Origin: a virus
Lineage: Duplodnaviria > Heunggongvirae > Uroviricota > Caudoviricetes
Direction: 5' to 3' (one strand)
Virus record (IMG/VR): IMGVR_UViG_3300028361_000020
Span: 64,001-101,322 of that record
DNA length: 37,322 nt
Below, piece after piece: positions 23,848 through 32,531 of this stretch (the first letter of the stretch is position 1; the number at the start of each line of letters is the position of its first letter). The notes beneath the pieces are model-generated. The model was not told the origin of the DNA, did no database searches, and was given only the letters and a program-made list of their open reading frames with translations. A program made the translations under genes and the position numbers.

Positions 23848-24004
23848 TATGTTGCTCCTAGCTTACTAGAAGTATTTATCGCATTATAGAGCATCATTAA
23901 TTAATCAATCGAAGTCTGTTGATTACTATCTGTTGAAGCAATGGTAAATTTAAGCTAATTCTTACCATTGCAGGGTTCCTTGTTTGTTAAAAATGGTTAG
24001 TGCG

Positions 24005-24184
24005 TTACGTGTTCTCTTCATAATATTGCTGAACCCTCTTCCACCATTCTTGCGACCAATCATCAAACTCATGCGGCCATATATCAAACTGCTGATACTC
24101 CAAGGCGCGCGAGCACATAAAGACATGACCTTCGCGAATATCAGTGTTGTGAACTTCGTTATGTCCAATTGCATAAGCTGTAAG
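24005..24184 (-). pseudogene. displaced second copy of the exonuclease 3' end (59 codons)
   Basis: LTAYAIGHNEVHNTDIREGH...; 37/59 aa identical to the last 59 aa of 25165..25857. Confidence 0.9.
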
Positions 24185-24186
24185 AT

Positions 24187-25116
24187 TTACTTTCTTTTTG
24201 GCATTAATCTTCCTCGAACCCATCCTTTACTATTCCAATCCTGCAATTCGTCTATTTTTATTTTTTTGTTTTCTTGTCCATTATTAATCCATGCTGTATT
24301 TCTACGAGATTCTTTCATTTGTATGGATTTTTCAACTCCGTAAATTTCTTCGTAAGATTTTCCTTTTGTATCAAGAGTTAACCCTTTATTCCATGAAGAT
24401 TTGCCCTTCATTATGTTTGACATTTTTGCTAATCTCAAATCTGTTTCTTTTGTTTTGCCTGCATTCCATGGAGTTTTTCCTATCATATCAGGGCGAGGCT
24501 TTCCTTTTTTAGACTCTGCGTACTTTGCAACTTTTTCACAAGTTTCTTTTGTTTTGTCTTTATTCCATGCGGTCTTACCTTTTTTCTTTTCATTAGAATT
24601 CTTTCTAATTTCTTTTCCTTTTTCAGAATCATTAAATATTTTTATACCTTTTGAAATTGCTTCACAGCGTTCTTTGCTATAACTTCCTAATTTTTGTCCT
24701 TTTAAATGCGAAGGCTTACCTTTATGTGCCTCGCTTATTTTTATTTTTGTTTCCTCAGTTAGAATGCGTCCGCCTCGGCCGCCCGCGTCGATATTAGTTA
24801 ACCTTCCAGTCTTAATACATCTTCGTCCGTAAAACTCAATTAATTTTCTTTCTTTCTCACATGCTTCATTGTATGTTAAATTTTCATATGGAAATCGATA
24901 TTCTATATCGATTTCTTTTTCAACTAACTGTAATATTACATGTATCTTATACATGTTTAATTTTTTAATATTTTTTATTTGATTGTTTTTGTATTTTATC
25001 GCTTCTCGAATATGATCTTTATATCTAGGCTGTGTGGTTTTCCTGTTGTGTTTCCCGTATCCAACATAGATAGGCTCATTATCAATAGGATTCCATAATT
25101 CGTAAATGTAATACAT
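24187..25116 (-). mobile_element. free-standing GIY-YIG homing endonuclease with NUMOD3-type repeats, 309 aa
   Basis: YYIYELWNP....IYVG, conserved R/E/N, EETKIKISEAHKGK and PWNKG repeats; AT-rich; start re-called to ATG 25116 (AAGGA). Confidence 0.85.
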
Positions 25117-25154
25117 TTTTTTCCTTTTGCATACGCTGTTGCTCATAACAAAAG

Positions 25155-25160
25155 TATTTA
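25155..25160 (-). promoter_or_regulatory. late-type TAAATA promoter for the endonuclease
   Basis: GATAAATAC context, repeated at other intergenic sites. Confidence 0.5.
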
Positions 25161-25164
25161 TCAA

Positions 25165-25857
25165 TTATGCACAATTCTTATAATAATCGTATACTCTGTC
25201 CCATGCTTTTTTTGACCAGTATTCCCATTCATCCGGCCATACATCAAACTGTTGATATTCGAGAGCACGCGAGCACATAAAGATATGGCCTTCACGAATA
25301 TCGGTACCATGGACTTCATTATGTGCAATACCATAAAGAACAATTTGTAATCGATAGTCTTCTACCCATTCGAGCTTCTTAGGCTTGTTGGTTTGTTTGA
25401 AGTCGATTATCGAAGGGTTGCCTTTGAATGTTCCTACTAGGTCAGTTGTACCTGCATAGACATCAGGAACATATAATGCAACTTCGCTGCCCCATATTTG
25501 ATCTACATGTACCATAGCTTCGTTACGTATAACACATGCCATTTTATGAGCTTGCTGTGCATACGGATTGCTTCCGGCACTTGGCCATTCACCGGTTTCC
25601 ACATAAGTCTCGAGATACTTGTGCATTCTGGTACCAACACCGGCTGCTTCGACGGTAATCTCTTGCGCCTTTTGATGGCCTACTCTCTTGCGCCATTCGT
25701 GCAAGTGTGTCTGATCCTTGGTTGCGCCAAGGATGGTAGTAACACTAGGAACAGGAATGTTACCGGCGCCACTGTAGCGCCGTTTGCCATCTACTTCGAC
25801 TCTTGAAAGTTTTCTATAATCGTACTTGGGTTTAATTAATGTCAACTGTATCTCCAT
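25165..25857 (-). CDS. PD-(D/E)xK exonuclease (T4-like/MGME1-like)
   Basis: PSVTTIL, GT.MH..LE, YAGTTDL, IIDFKQT motifs. Confidence 0.88.
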   Translation of the reverse strand: MEIQLTLIKPKYDYRKLSRVEVDGKRRYSGAGNIPVPSVTTILGATKDQTHLHEWRKRVGHQKAQEITVEAAGVGTRMHKYLETYVETGEWPSAGSNPYAQQAHKMACVIRNEAMVHVDQIWGSEVALYVPDVYAGTTDLVGTFKGNPSIIDFKQTNKPKKLEWVEDYRLQIVLYGIAHNEVHGTDIREGHIFMCSRALEYQQFDVWPDEWEYWSKKAWDRVYDYYKNCA

Positions 25858-25865
25858 TTAACTGT

Positions 25866-25894
25866 ATTATAGCAGTCTAATAGGATAAAGTCAA
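25866..25894 (-). promoter_or_regulatory. sigma70-type promoter TTGACT-17-TATAAT
   Basis: Consensus with TG extended -10. Confidence 0.8.
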
Positions 25895-25897
25895 GTA

Positions 25898-26170
25898 TTA
25901 AAGATCGTTGTCGCTTAAATCGGTTGCATTTCTTGCCATTGTGGCCACAGTGTCGCCTCCGGACTGGTCTGCATCAACTTCGAGGTCGTCAGCTTCGCTG
26001 TCCTTTAATGTTACCTTTTGGTGATCAAAGTCTTTGATGATGTTTTGAATTTTAGGATCACTGTCAAAGGCAGCACGCAAAACTTCGTAGGTGAATTGCT
26101 GACTGCCCATGTTTGCCATATACTTGTTTAACTGCCTAATACTAAATTCCATGAATCCGTTATCTTTCAT
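25898..26170 (-). CDS. hypothetical acidic protein
   Basis: ORF; true start uncertain. Confidence 0.7.
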   Translation of the reverse strand: MKDNGFMEFSIRQLNKYMANMGSQQFTYEVLRAAFDSDPKIQNIIKDFDHQKVTLKDSEADDLEVDADQSGGDTVATMARNATDLSDNDL

Positions 26171-26214
26171 TAGACTAAGAACTTGAAAAAGTTTTCTAGT
26201 ATCTATATTTTCAG

Positions 26215-27021
26215 TTACTTTTTTTTTGAAAGAGTGCTTGCTAGTCTACGCGATGCTTCTGATGTAACAGATCGCTTGCGTTCTACTGATTCACGACGCG
26301 GCCTGTCGGCCTGTTCGTCGCCGCCTGCTGCCGCCGCTGACGCTCCAAACTCGTCGCCGGACATGCCATCCATGTTGTCTAGATTTGGATCACCGTCAAC
26401 TGTTGGTTCCATGTCCATGTCGTCCATGCCGTCCATGTCGTCCATGCCGTCGTCTGCTCCCATTGGATTCATTGGATCTGATTCGCCTGTTAGTTGGCTT
26501 ACTCCGCCAATAAGAGCAACTCTAGTAGATTCCATTGCACCATAAAGACTGTCGAGTGCAGGCTTAACTAAATTAGTAAATGATTCAGCAGCTTCTTGGC
26601 CCATTTCGTCGCGTATAGCATCTGCAAGTTCTAGCATAGATTGTGATTGCATTTCAGCAGTGTCTTCCATCCAGCCTGTGAGTTTTTCGACCATTTCTTT
26701 AGAAGCCATTACTAACTCGGCTGTGCTTTCTGCACCTTCGTTAACAGTTGATTCCGCAATGTCATCGATGTCGCCGCGTTCTGAAATAGCAGCGTTGAGC
26801 ACATCCAGCATCATCTTTGATTTTTGATATGTTTCGTTGTGAACAGCATCAAAGCTTTCGTTTGTTTCTACTTGACTTAGCTTGGTGCGTAGTCTATTTC
26901 GAGCATCTTGTAGTTGCCCTAATGAAAAGTTCTCTAGCTGTAGTTTTTCGCCAAATCGTTCTGCAAGGCTTTCGTTCAGCGACTTTGATGTTACTGGTTT
27001 TCCAAATTCTCTAATATTCAT
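26215..27021 (-). CDS. acidic helical protein, 268 aa, possible head/scaffold component; contains a 9-bp MDD/MDG repeat
   Basis: Composition, AGGA Shine-Dalgarno, upstream TAAATA. Confidence 0.75.
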   Translation of the reverse strand: MNIREFGKPVTSKSLNESLAERFGEKLQLENFSLGQLQDARNRLRTKLSQVETNESFDAVHNETYQKSKMMLDVLNAAISERGDIDDIAESTVNEGAESTAELVMASKEMVEKLTGWMEDTAEMQSQSMLELADAIRDEMGQEAAESFTNLVKPALDSLYGAMESTRVALIGGVSQLTGESDPMNPMGADDGMDDMDGMDDMDMEPTVDGDPNLDNMDGMSGDEFGASAAAAGGDEQADRPRRESVERKRSVTSEASRRLASTLSKKK

Positions 27022-27051
27022 GTTTATGTTTCCTGGACTTGTTTAATTTAT

Positions 27052-27483
27052 TTATCTAATATCTTTCAAGACATAATCGTCTAGAAGTTCCTTGGTATAG
27101 TCAATTTGATTTTTTGATTCAGCTAGGCGATTTTGAATAGCAGCTTTGCGGCTTTCGTCTGAATTACCACTTAGGATATGTGAATAGAAATGTGCATCAT
27201 TGAAATGCTTTTCTAAAGTAGTATCGTACTCCTTGAGTGTAGTGTAAGGTTCGTTCTTTAAAAATGCTTGTGCAACTGCAACAGCGCCAGTCTTTGAAAA
27301 TGTATTAGTTATTGGCTTGTTTGTTCTAGTATTAAACACTACATACCCGTGTTTCTTACTTGCCCTGATAACGATGTTTTCGATACGTATGGTGTTTCCT
27401 CTTCTGTAAGGAATTACGTATTGAGTAAGATTTTGGTCTATGATTTGTTGAAGATCAGCAACAACTGATTCAAGAGTTTTCAT
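27052..27483 (-). CDS. hypothetical phage protein
   Basis: Start re-called to MKTL (ATG 27483). Confidence 0.7.
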   Translation of the reverse strand: MKTLESVVADLQQIIDQNLTQYVIPYRRGNTIRIENIVIRASKKHGYVVFNTRTNKPITNTFSKTGAVAVAQAFLKNEPYTTLKEYDTTLEKHFNDAHFYSHILSGNSDESRKAAIQNRLAESKNQIDYTKELLDDYVLKDIR

Positions 27484-27676
27484 TTTGAATAACCACCACA
27501 TTACCATTGTAATTTACCTTAGAAATAAGACTTTTTCTAATTAAGTTCTCGGCCACAAACTGTTCTCGTTCAGTCAAGTTGTTAAAATAACATGGTTTTG
27601 ACATCCTGTCAAGCAATAGCTTTTCTTCATTGCTCATTTGAATGCGGAACTCGCCTATAAGGTCGTTAATCTTCAT
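27470..27676 (-). CDS. hypothetical phage protein, 68 aa
   Basis: ORF packing. Confidence 0.7.
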   Translation of the reverse strand: MKINDLIGEFRIQMSNEEKLLLDRMSKPCYFNNLTEREQFVAENLIRKSLISKVNYNGNVVVIQNENS

Positions 27677-28158
27677 ATGGTCAGTGATCGTTTAAGATCA
27701 TCTTTTTTGTAAACTACCTTTTTAGGTTGCGAAGGGTCTTTCATTGCAGCAGGGTTTTCGATCTCGACTTCGTTGCCTTGTATCTTGCTAACTTTGAAGT
27801 TTTGGCTGCCTTTTTCTGTTGGAAGAGGAATTGCTTTGCCCGGCTTGATCATGTTGTCTTTTGCAAGGTCAGCTGCTTGCTGTTGCTTTGCATCGGGCGG
27901 TTCCTGTTGATTCGGTTGTTGCTGTTGCTGGTTGGGCTGTTGTGGAGTGCTTGTTTGCGTAGCATTAGGGTTACCCTGAGTAGGAGTTGATCCCATAGGC
28001 TTGCCGACTCTGCCTACTGCTGTTTGTGTTGCGCCTTTGACTGCACCAATTTTAGCAAGAGTTTTTGCTCCAGTAGCAGCGGCGCGGCCACCTGCAACCA
28101 CAAGCGGAAGTAGCTCGTTTAATCTTTCTTCTTCTCTGATAAAATCACTGGCTCTCAT
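27673..28158 (-). CDS. hypothetical protein with Gln/Pro-rich linker
   Basis: 161-aa ORF with ATGA overlaps. Confidence 0.75.
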   Translation of the reverse strand: MRASDFIREEERLNELLPLVVAGGRAAATGAKTLAKIGAVKGATQTAVGRVGKPMGSTPTQGNPNATQTSTPQQPNQQQQQPNQQEPPDAKQQQAADLAKDNMIKPGKAIPLPTEKGSQNFKVSKIQGNEVEIENPAAMKDPSQPKKVVYKKDDLKRSLTI

Positions 28159-28487
28159 CGCTTTTGCTTTCTATTCTTCTTGGGCGCTTTAATAGATCGC
28201 TTGCCAGTTGGACCACTTGATCCTTTGTTGATTGCTGCAATCCGTCTACTAGTAGGTCGTTTCATAGTGATGTTACGCTTAACGGATTGCGCTGCACCTT
28301 TGGTCCTTCTAGTCTTTTTCATAGTTTGGCTTTTTGTTTGCGAAACTGATGTGCCGCATGTACTCGGTTTGGCAACCACTCTGCCTTTTTTAGATCCGTC
28401 TGTGCAACGATAGCGTCTTACAACACCCTTCTTGCTTCTTCCCCAGACTTGCTTGTAACCTTCACCTATGATTTCATTTACTAACAT
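28155..28487 (-). CDS. basic protein, paralog 1 (WGRS..VVR.YRC..G...GR.V.K...C)
   Basis: Aligns with 28487..28762. Confidence 0.75.
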   Translation of the reverse strand: MLVNEIIGEGYKQVWGRSKKGVVRRYRCTDGSKKGRVVAKPSTCGTSVSQTKSQTMKKTRRTKGAAQSVKRNITMKRPTSRRIAAINKGSSGPTGKRSIKAPKKNRKQKR

Positions 28488-28762
28488 TATTTGTTTAACG
28501 CCTGTACTCTTCTACTAGCAACATTTGTGCGTTTGGTCTTTTTTGATTTACGAGACATTTTGCCGCCGACTCTTAATTTTGTTCGTTTCATTTGGTTGCT
28601 TTTTTTAACATCCAGTGGAGCAAAACATTGTTGCATTTTGCTAACAATACGTCCGTGTCGTCTTCCTCCGCTGCATCGATACTTGCGAACAACCTTGACG
28701 CCACTGCGGCCCCAGGCCATTTTTTCTTCTATATCAGATTCAAATAAGTTTCTCAAAAGCAT
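28487..28762 (-). CDS. basic protein, paralog 2
   Basis: Aligns with 28155..28487. Confidence 0.75.
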   Translation of the reverse strand: MLLRNLFESDIEEKMAWGRSGVKVVRKYRCSGGRRHGRIVSKMQQCFAPLDVKKSNQMKRTKLRVGGKMSRKSKKTKRTNVASRRVQALNK

Positions 28763-28776
28763 GCTGTATTCGTTTC

Positions 28777-29016
28777 TTAAAATTTCATTAATATAACGAT
28801 TACTGTTGAAAGTAATCCTGCTACAATACTGCCTGCAGCGCCGACAATTATTTTAATTAACGCACTATTGGAGTTTTTCATATCCACTGCAATTACATCT
28901 AGTTTCTCTTCGACTTTGACAAGCCTGTTATCTAATTGTGCATATCGCACGGCACACAAATCGACATGTGCTTCTAAGTTTGTTCTCTCAAATGTGGTTG
29001 CTGCTGGCATAGTCAT
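28777..29016 (-). CDS. small coiled-coil protein with a C-terminal transmembrane helix (LEAHVDLCA.RY)
   Basis: Hydrophobic IIVGAAGSIVAGLLSTVIVILM; AGGAG Shine-Dalgarno. Confidence 0.75.
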   Translation of the reverse strand: MTMPAATTFERTNLEAHVDLCAVRYAQLDNRLVKVEEKLDVIAVDMKNSNSALIKIIVGAAGSIVAGLLSTVIVILMKF

Positions 29017-29058
29017 CTTTTAAACTCCTGATTAGTTGCTGTTAGTGTATTTAGTTGT

Positions 29059-29457
29059 TTAATTAAAATCGTCTAACTTAACAAACACAGTATTGCGAGC
29101 AGGACTGCCTCCTGTTAAAAATACCTTGGCATCAGTTTTAATACTCTCGTTGAGGTTAATTATAACTGGTACTAGGTCAAAGTCTTCTCTTAGCCATTTA
29201 AGTGCATGAGAATTAGATTCAAAACCAAACCCTAACTGCCATACTCGATGCTGTCCCCTAAATATTTCTCCAAACCCTAACTTGTTAACATTGGTTTGTT
29301 CTGTACTTGGGTACAAGTTTATAGTAGGATTGGCTCGTAAACTAATAGTCTGCAGAACTGTTAGGTAATTTTGTTGTTGTTTTTGTTTATACAAATCGTC
29401 ACCTCGCCGAGCGTTGGTGCGTGTGATATCGATCAGTGTTATTAATTTAAAGCGCAT
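29059..29457 (-). CDS. hypothetical phage protein
   Basis: Start re-called to MRFK (ATG 29457), downstream of TAAATA. Confidence 0.7.
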   Translation of the reverse strand: MRFKLITLIDITRTNARRGDDLYKQKQQQNYLTVLQTISLRANPTINLYPSTEQTNVNKLGFGEIFRGQHRVWQLGFGFESNSHALKWLREDFDLVPVIINLNESIKTDAKVFLTGGSPARNTVFVKLDDFN

Positions 29458-29475
29458 GCTATATTTATTTGTCAC

Positions 29476-29505
29476 AAAAAAAGCGCCACTGTAAAGTGAC
29501 GCTTT
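29476..29505 (-). terminator. intrinsic terminator
   Basis: AAAGCGTCAC-6-GTGGCGCTTT followed by TTTT. Confidence 0.8.
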
Positions 29506-29525
29506 CTCTTTGATTGATAATTAAA

Positions 29526-29894
29526 TTATCTTGCTGGTGCAAATACTGCAACAACTGCAAGTGCTACATCACTGACTGTAGCAAGGTTAGGTGTGCCTGT
29601 ACCTTGTACACGGAAGAACACCACGTCAGTAGTTCCTGATACAAATGGTGTACCGTCAGCAGTACCAAATCCTGCAAAAGTAAATGCATCTGGTCCATTA
29701 GTGTCAGTTCCGGTGCCATCTCCGCCTGCCTGTGTTAGCTGGTGATAAACAGCCAATAGGTCTGCATCTGTCATGTTAGTTAGTGTTGCACTAACTATAA
29801 GTTCGCGGCCTGCATCGGATGTGTTAATTACAAATTTGTTGTAGTTTGCGCCAACTGTTGTTGCGCCTACTGCTAATCCTGTTACGTCTGCCAT
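29526..29894 (-). CDS. small Ala/Thr/Gly-rich protein, probably an abundant virion protein
   Basis: AGGAG Shine-Dalgarno, TAAATA at 29954..29959, own terminator. Confidence 0.75.
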   Translation of the reverse strand: MADVTGLAVGATTVGANYNKFVINTSDAGRELIVSATLTNMTDADLLAVYHQLTQAGGDGTGTDTNGPDAFTFAGFGTADGTPFVSGTTDVVFFRVQGTGTPNLATVSDVALAVVAVFAPAR

Positions 29895-30003
29895 TTTATT
29901 TCTCCTAGATTCTCTATGGCAACAATCTTACGCTCCGTAAGTGTTGTTAAAAGTATTTATCTCTTTTAGAAAAATCTCAATTAAAAGGCATCAAAACAGA
30001 GAA

Positions 30004-31077
30004 TCAATGAGGTTTCCATCTGTGTCTAGGAACAAGCTTGACTTTCTCGTCCAGCATAATGTATCCTTCGCCGCCGGCTTCGTTGAGTGTGTATGCAGAT
30101 ATGTTTATTGTGGTTTGGTCCAGTTGCATAATAATACTGTTCTTAATTGACATTATTTCTGTAACCATTCCGAGTATTACATCTAGGCTGCGCGGGTTGT
30201 TGTTGGACAGTTCTACTATTCTTGCTTGTTTGGGTGTGCTTACTTTGGACACAGCTAACCAATCAAAGAATGATTCTTTAATTTCGCCAAGTCGATCGGC
30301 CTTGCTCATTTGATTAACATATGTGTAAATAATTTTGCTCATGTCACTGAGTCCGTAAAACGGTTTTAGGAACGTGTCTATAATTACAGTGTTTTCTGCA
30401 AGAGTTTCTTTGAGTGTAGACAATTGATTGTGTTCTAGCACCACTTTACCGGACGATCTAGTTTGTGCAAATACAATCAAGTTCTTGCTTTCAATTTGTT
30501 CTGTGACAGGACTACCATGTGCATCTCCAAACGAAGTGTATAGACTGTGTGCTGCAATCCCTACCTTGGCTTCTGCAACTTTTCTACCAAGCACAGAAGA
30601 ACTGTTGATGCGATATGTTACCTTGTTAGGAGTAAACTCTACAGCTTCATTTGTCTTGCTAACAGGTATACTAGGCGAGAACAACAAATCACCAAACATG
30701 TAACCTCTAAAGTCTGCAGGAGTTTCGTCTTTGAGAATATCCCAAATTGCAGTTAGTCCTTGTGCAAAATCCGCTCTCCATGATTCGTTGCATCCTGTAC
30801 CAAGAATAAAAGATTCTAACATTGCAGGCGATGTGCATTCTTTCTTGCCCCATGCATTTTTGTTGACCAGTACAAACTCGCCAAGCATGTTCCTGCCCCA
30901 GTAGATGGTAGGTATGCCATCCCACTTGACCATTACATTACTGGTGTCTATTGCCAGATTTTCAAGAACGCCGATTGCAAATTGTGCACCGCGTGATCCG
31001 TTGATAAACACCAAGTCTTCTAAATGCTGAAATTCTCGGCCGACTTTTGAGGTAGTCTTAATATCCTGGTATCTCAT
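30004..31077 (-). CDS. DUF6267-like phage protein with ligase-like KxDG motif
   Basis: FQHLEDL, VKWDG, GDLLF, GEGY...KVK. Confidence 0.75.
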   Translation of the reverse strand: MRYQDIKTTSKVGREFQHLEDLVFINGSRGAQFAIGVLENLAIDTSNVMVKWDGIPTIYWGRNMLGEFVLVNKNAWGKKECTSPAMLESFILGTGCNESWRADFAQGLTAIWDILKDETPADFRGYMFGDLLFSPSIPVSKTNEAVEFTPNKVTYRINSSSVLGRKVAEAKVGIAAHSLYTSFGDAHGSPVTEQIESKNLIVFAQTRSSGKVVLEHNQLSTLKETLAENTVIIDTFLKPFYGLSDMSKIIYTYVNQMSKADRLGEIKESFFDWLAVSKVSTPKQARIVELSNNNPRSLDVILGMVTEIMSIKNSIIMQLDQTTINISAYTLNEAGGEGYIMLDEKVKLVPRHRWKPH

Positions 31078-32300
31078 TAACTGATTCCAAATCTTTGTTT
31101 ATATGCATCCCATGTTTTGCTGTCTGCTTGTATTTCTTTTTCTAACTCTGGAATACGCTGGTTTGCGCGTATAGATAATCGATTACTCCAAAAGGGCAAG
31201 AGGTGATTACTTGTCATCTCTGCGCTTTGAAGGTATTTGATTGCATTTTCAATTGTTCCGTCTTTTATTACATACGACGTGTATTCTCGTTCTAAGCCTC
31301 TGTGTTTTTTCAATGCCTGTGTACGGAGATCTAGATCTCCGTCAAACCTTTGCAGTAGCAGGGGAAGCAGTTGCTCTTTCCCTCTTTCACTTATCATAGC
31401 AGTATATGCTGCGTCAATCAAGACCTCGTTGCTTAAATTATCTAGCATTACTGGCATTAGTGTGGCATCTAGTATTTCGTCGTTGTCTTGATTAGTGGAT
31501 CCGTCGGGGTCGGCAATTTCTGCTTTAAGAAATTTAACATATGCGTTTATTACAGTCGGTCCTTCTTTCTTAAACAGCTTTGACGTAACTGGATTTTCCA
31601 CAGAAAGATACTGAATTGCTTTGTCGTCAAGCGGTACGTCCTGGGCATCCATAAATTGCGCTGTTTCAAAATGAAATTGAAATTTAGTTTTTAGTTTTTT
31701 ATCTTGCCAAACGTAAAGAGACCCTTTGTCATTGTAATAATCGAACATATTGTTATTTTCGTCGCCTGTTGACGAAGTACACCACTTGGTGCCTTTGCCT
31801 AATTCGCAACTGGCTGCTTCTGTACCGGGTATACTTAATATGCCAAGCGGTCCGTTGTACAATACTTTAGCATCAGCAACCGGTCCGTCTCCCTGTGTAG
31901 AATCTGTAGGTTCTACAAGATCTGTGTTGTCTAACTTTTGCGCAGTAGCAGCTAATGTCTTCCAGTTGTATGAATTAATGTCGCTGTTAATGCCCAGTCG
32001 CTTGTGCTGACCTTTTGTACTAGCAAAGACTGCAAGGTCCGCTTTGAGCTTGTACATGTCTTCATACTTCATACCTTGCTTGATAAACTGCTTTATGATC
32101 CATTGCACGTTTTGTTTGTTGGCCGTTGGATCAGCAGCTTCTGCTTGCTTGACAACTGCATCAATTATGCCCTCTGGTGGCAATTGCTTGCTGATTAGAT
32201 AGCTGTCTCCTTTGGCAGCGCCAACTATGCCATTGCCCAGTGCTTGTTGAGTCTTTGTTCTGTCATATTCCAACAGATACTTTATTTCTTGATATCTCAT
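31077..32300 (-). CDS. hypothetical phage protein, 407 aa (SC.LG.GTKWCT motif)
   Basis: Long ORF with AAGGA Shine-Dalgarno. Confidence 0.8.
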   Translation of the reverse strand: MRYQEIKYLLEYDRTKTQQALGNGIVGAAKGDSYLISKQLPPEGIIDAVVKQAEAADPTANKQNVQWIIKQFIKQGMKYEDMYKLKADLAVFASTKGQHKRLGINSDINSYNWKTLAATAQKLDNTDLVEPTDSTQGDGPVADAKVLYNGPLGILSIPGTEAASCELGKGTKWCTSSTGDENNNMFDYYNDKGSLYVWQDKKLKTKFQFHFETAQFMDAQDVPLDDKAIQYLSVENPVTSKLFKKEGPTVINAYVKFLKAEIADPDGSTNQDNDEILDATLMPVMLDNLSNEVLIDAAYTAMISERGKEQLLPLLLQRFDGDLDLRTQALKKHRGLEREYTSYVIKDGTIENAIKYLQSAEMTSNHLLPFWSNRLSIRANQRIPELEKEIQADSKTWDAYKQRFGIS

Positions 32301-32531
32301 TTACATTATCCTTCTCACATCAAACGCACCCTTGATATAACTATGCCAAAACTTTCCCTTGGACGCCGATTTCAGCCAAGCTGCAAAGTTTTGCTCACCT
32401 ATATTATTAACGACATACCGCGTGCCATTGCCCAATGTCATTGTAACATCTCTTTTATTTTGTTGTAGTGTAACGTCACTGATCCAGCTGGACATCACTG
32501 GATCTTCAGTTAATGCTTCATGTATTTTCAT
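32301..32531 (-). CDS. KTSC-domain protein
   Basis: SSWI...RY...N.....F..W..SASKGKFW...IKG; start re-called to 32531 (ATGA overlap). Confidence 0.75.
   Translation of the reverse strand: MKIHEALTEDPVMSSWISDVTLQQNKRDVTMTLGNGTRYVVNNIGEQNFAAWLKSASKGKFWHSYIKGAFDVRRIM

Noticed and set aside
23895-23971. 23-codon ORF with AAGGA SD inside a 10-bp hairpin
   Set aside because: Too short and unsupported; the hairpin is more simply a transcript-end structure.
24005-24223. 72-aa independent gene starting inside the endonuclease
   Set aside because: The SD is too close to the ATG, and the product would be a nuclease C-terminal fragment lacking the catalytic core; treated as a relic.
24185-25164. Group I intron housing the endonuclease
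   Set aside because: No room or motifs for P/Q/R/S core elements, and the upstream exonuclease is already complete with its own stop.
25165-25857. Cas4 / CRISPR system
   Set aside because: It is a PD-(D/E)xK exonuclease without the Cas4 Fe-S cysteine set, and no repeat-spacer array or other cas gene was seen.
26404-26455. 9-bp tandem repeat as a regulatory or CRISPR-like repeat
   Set aside because: It is in-frame and encodes a low-complexity MDD/MDG linker; there are no spacers.
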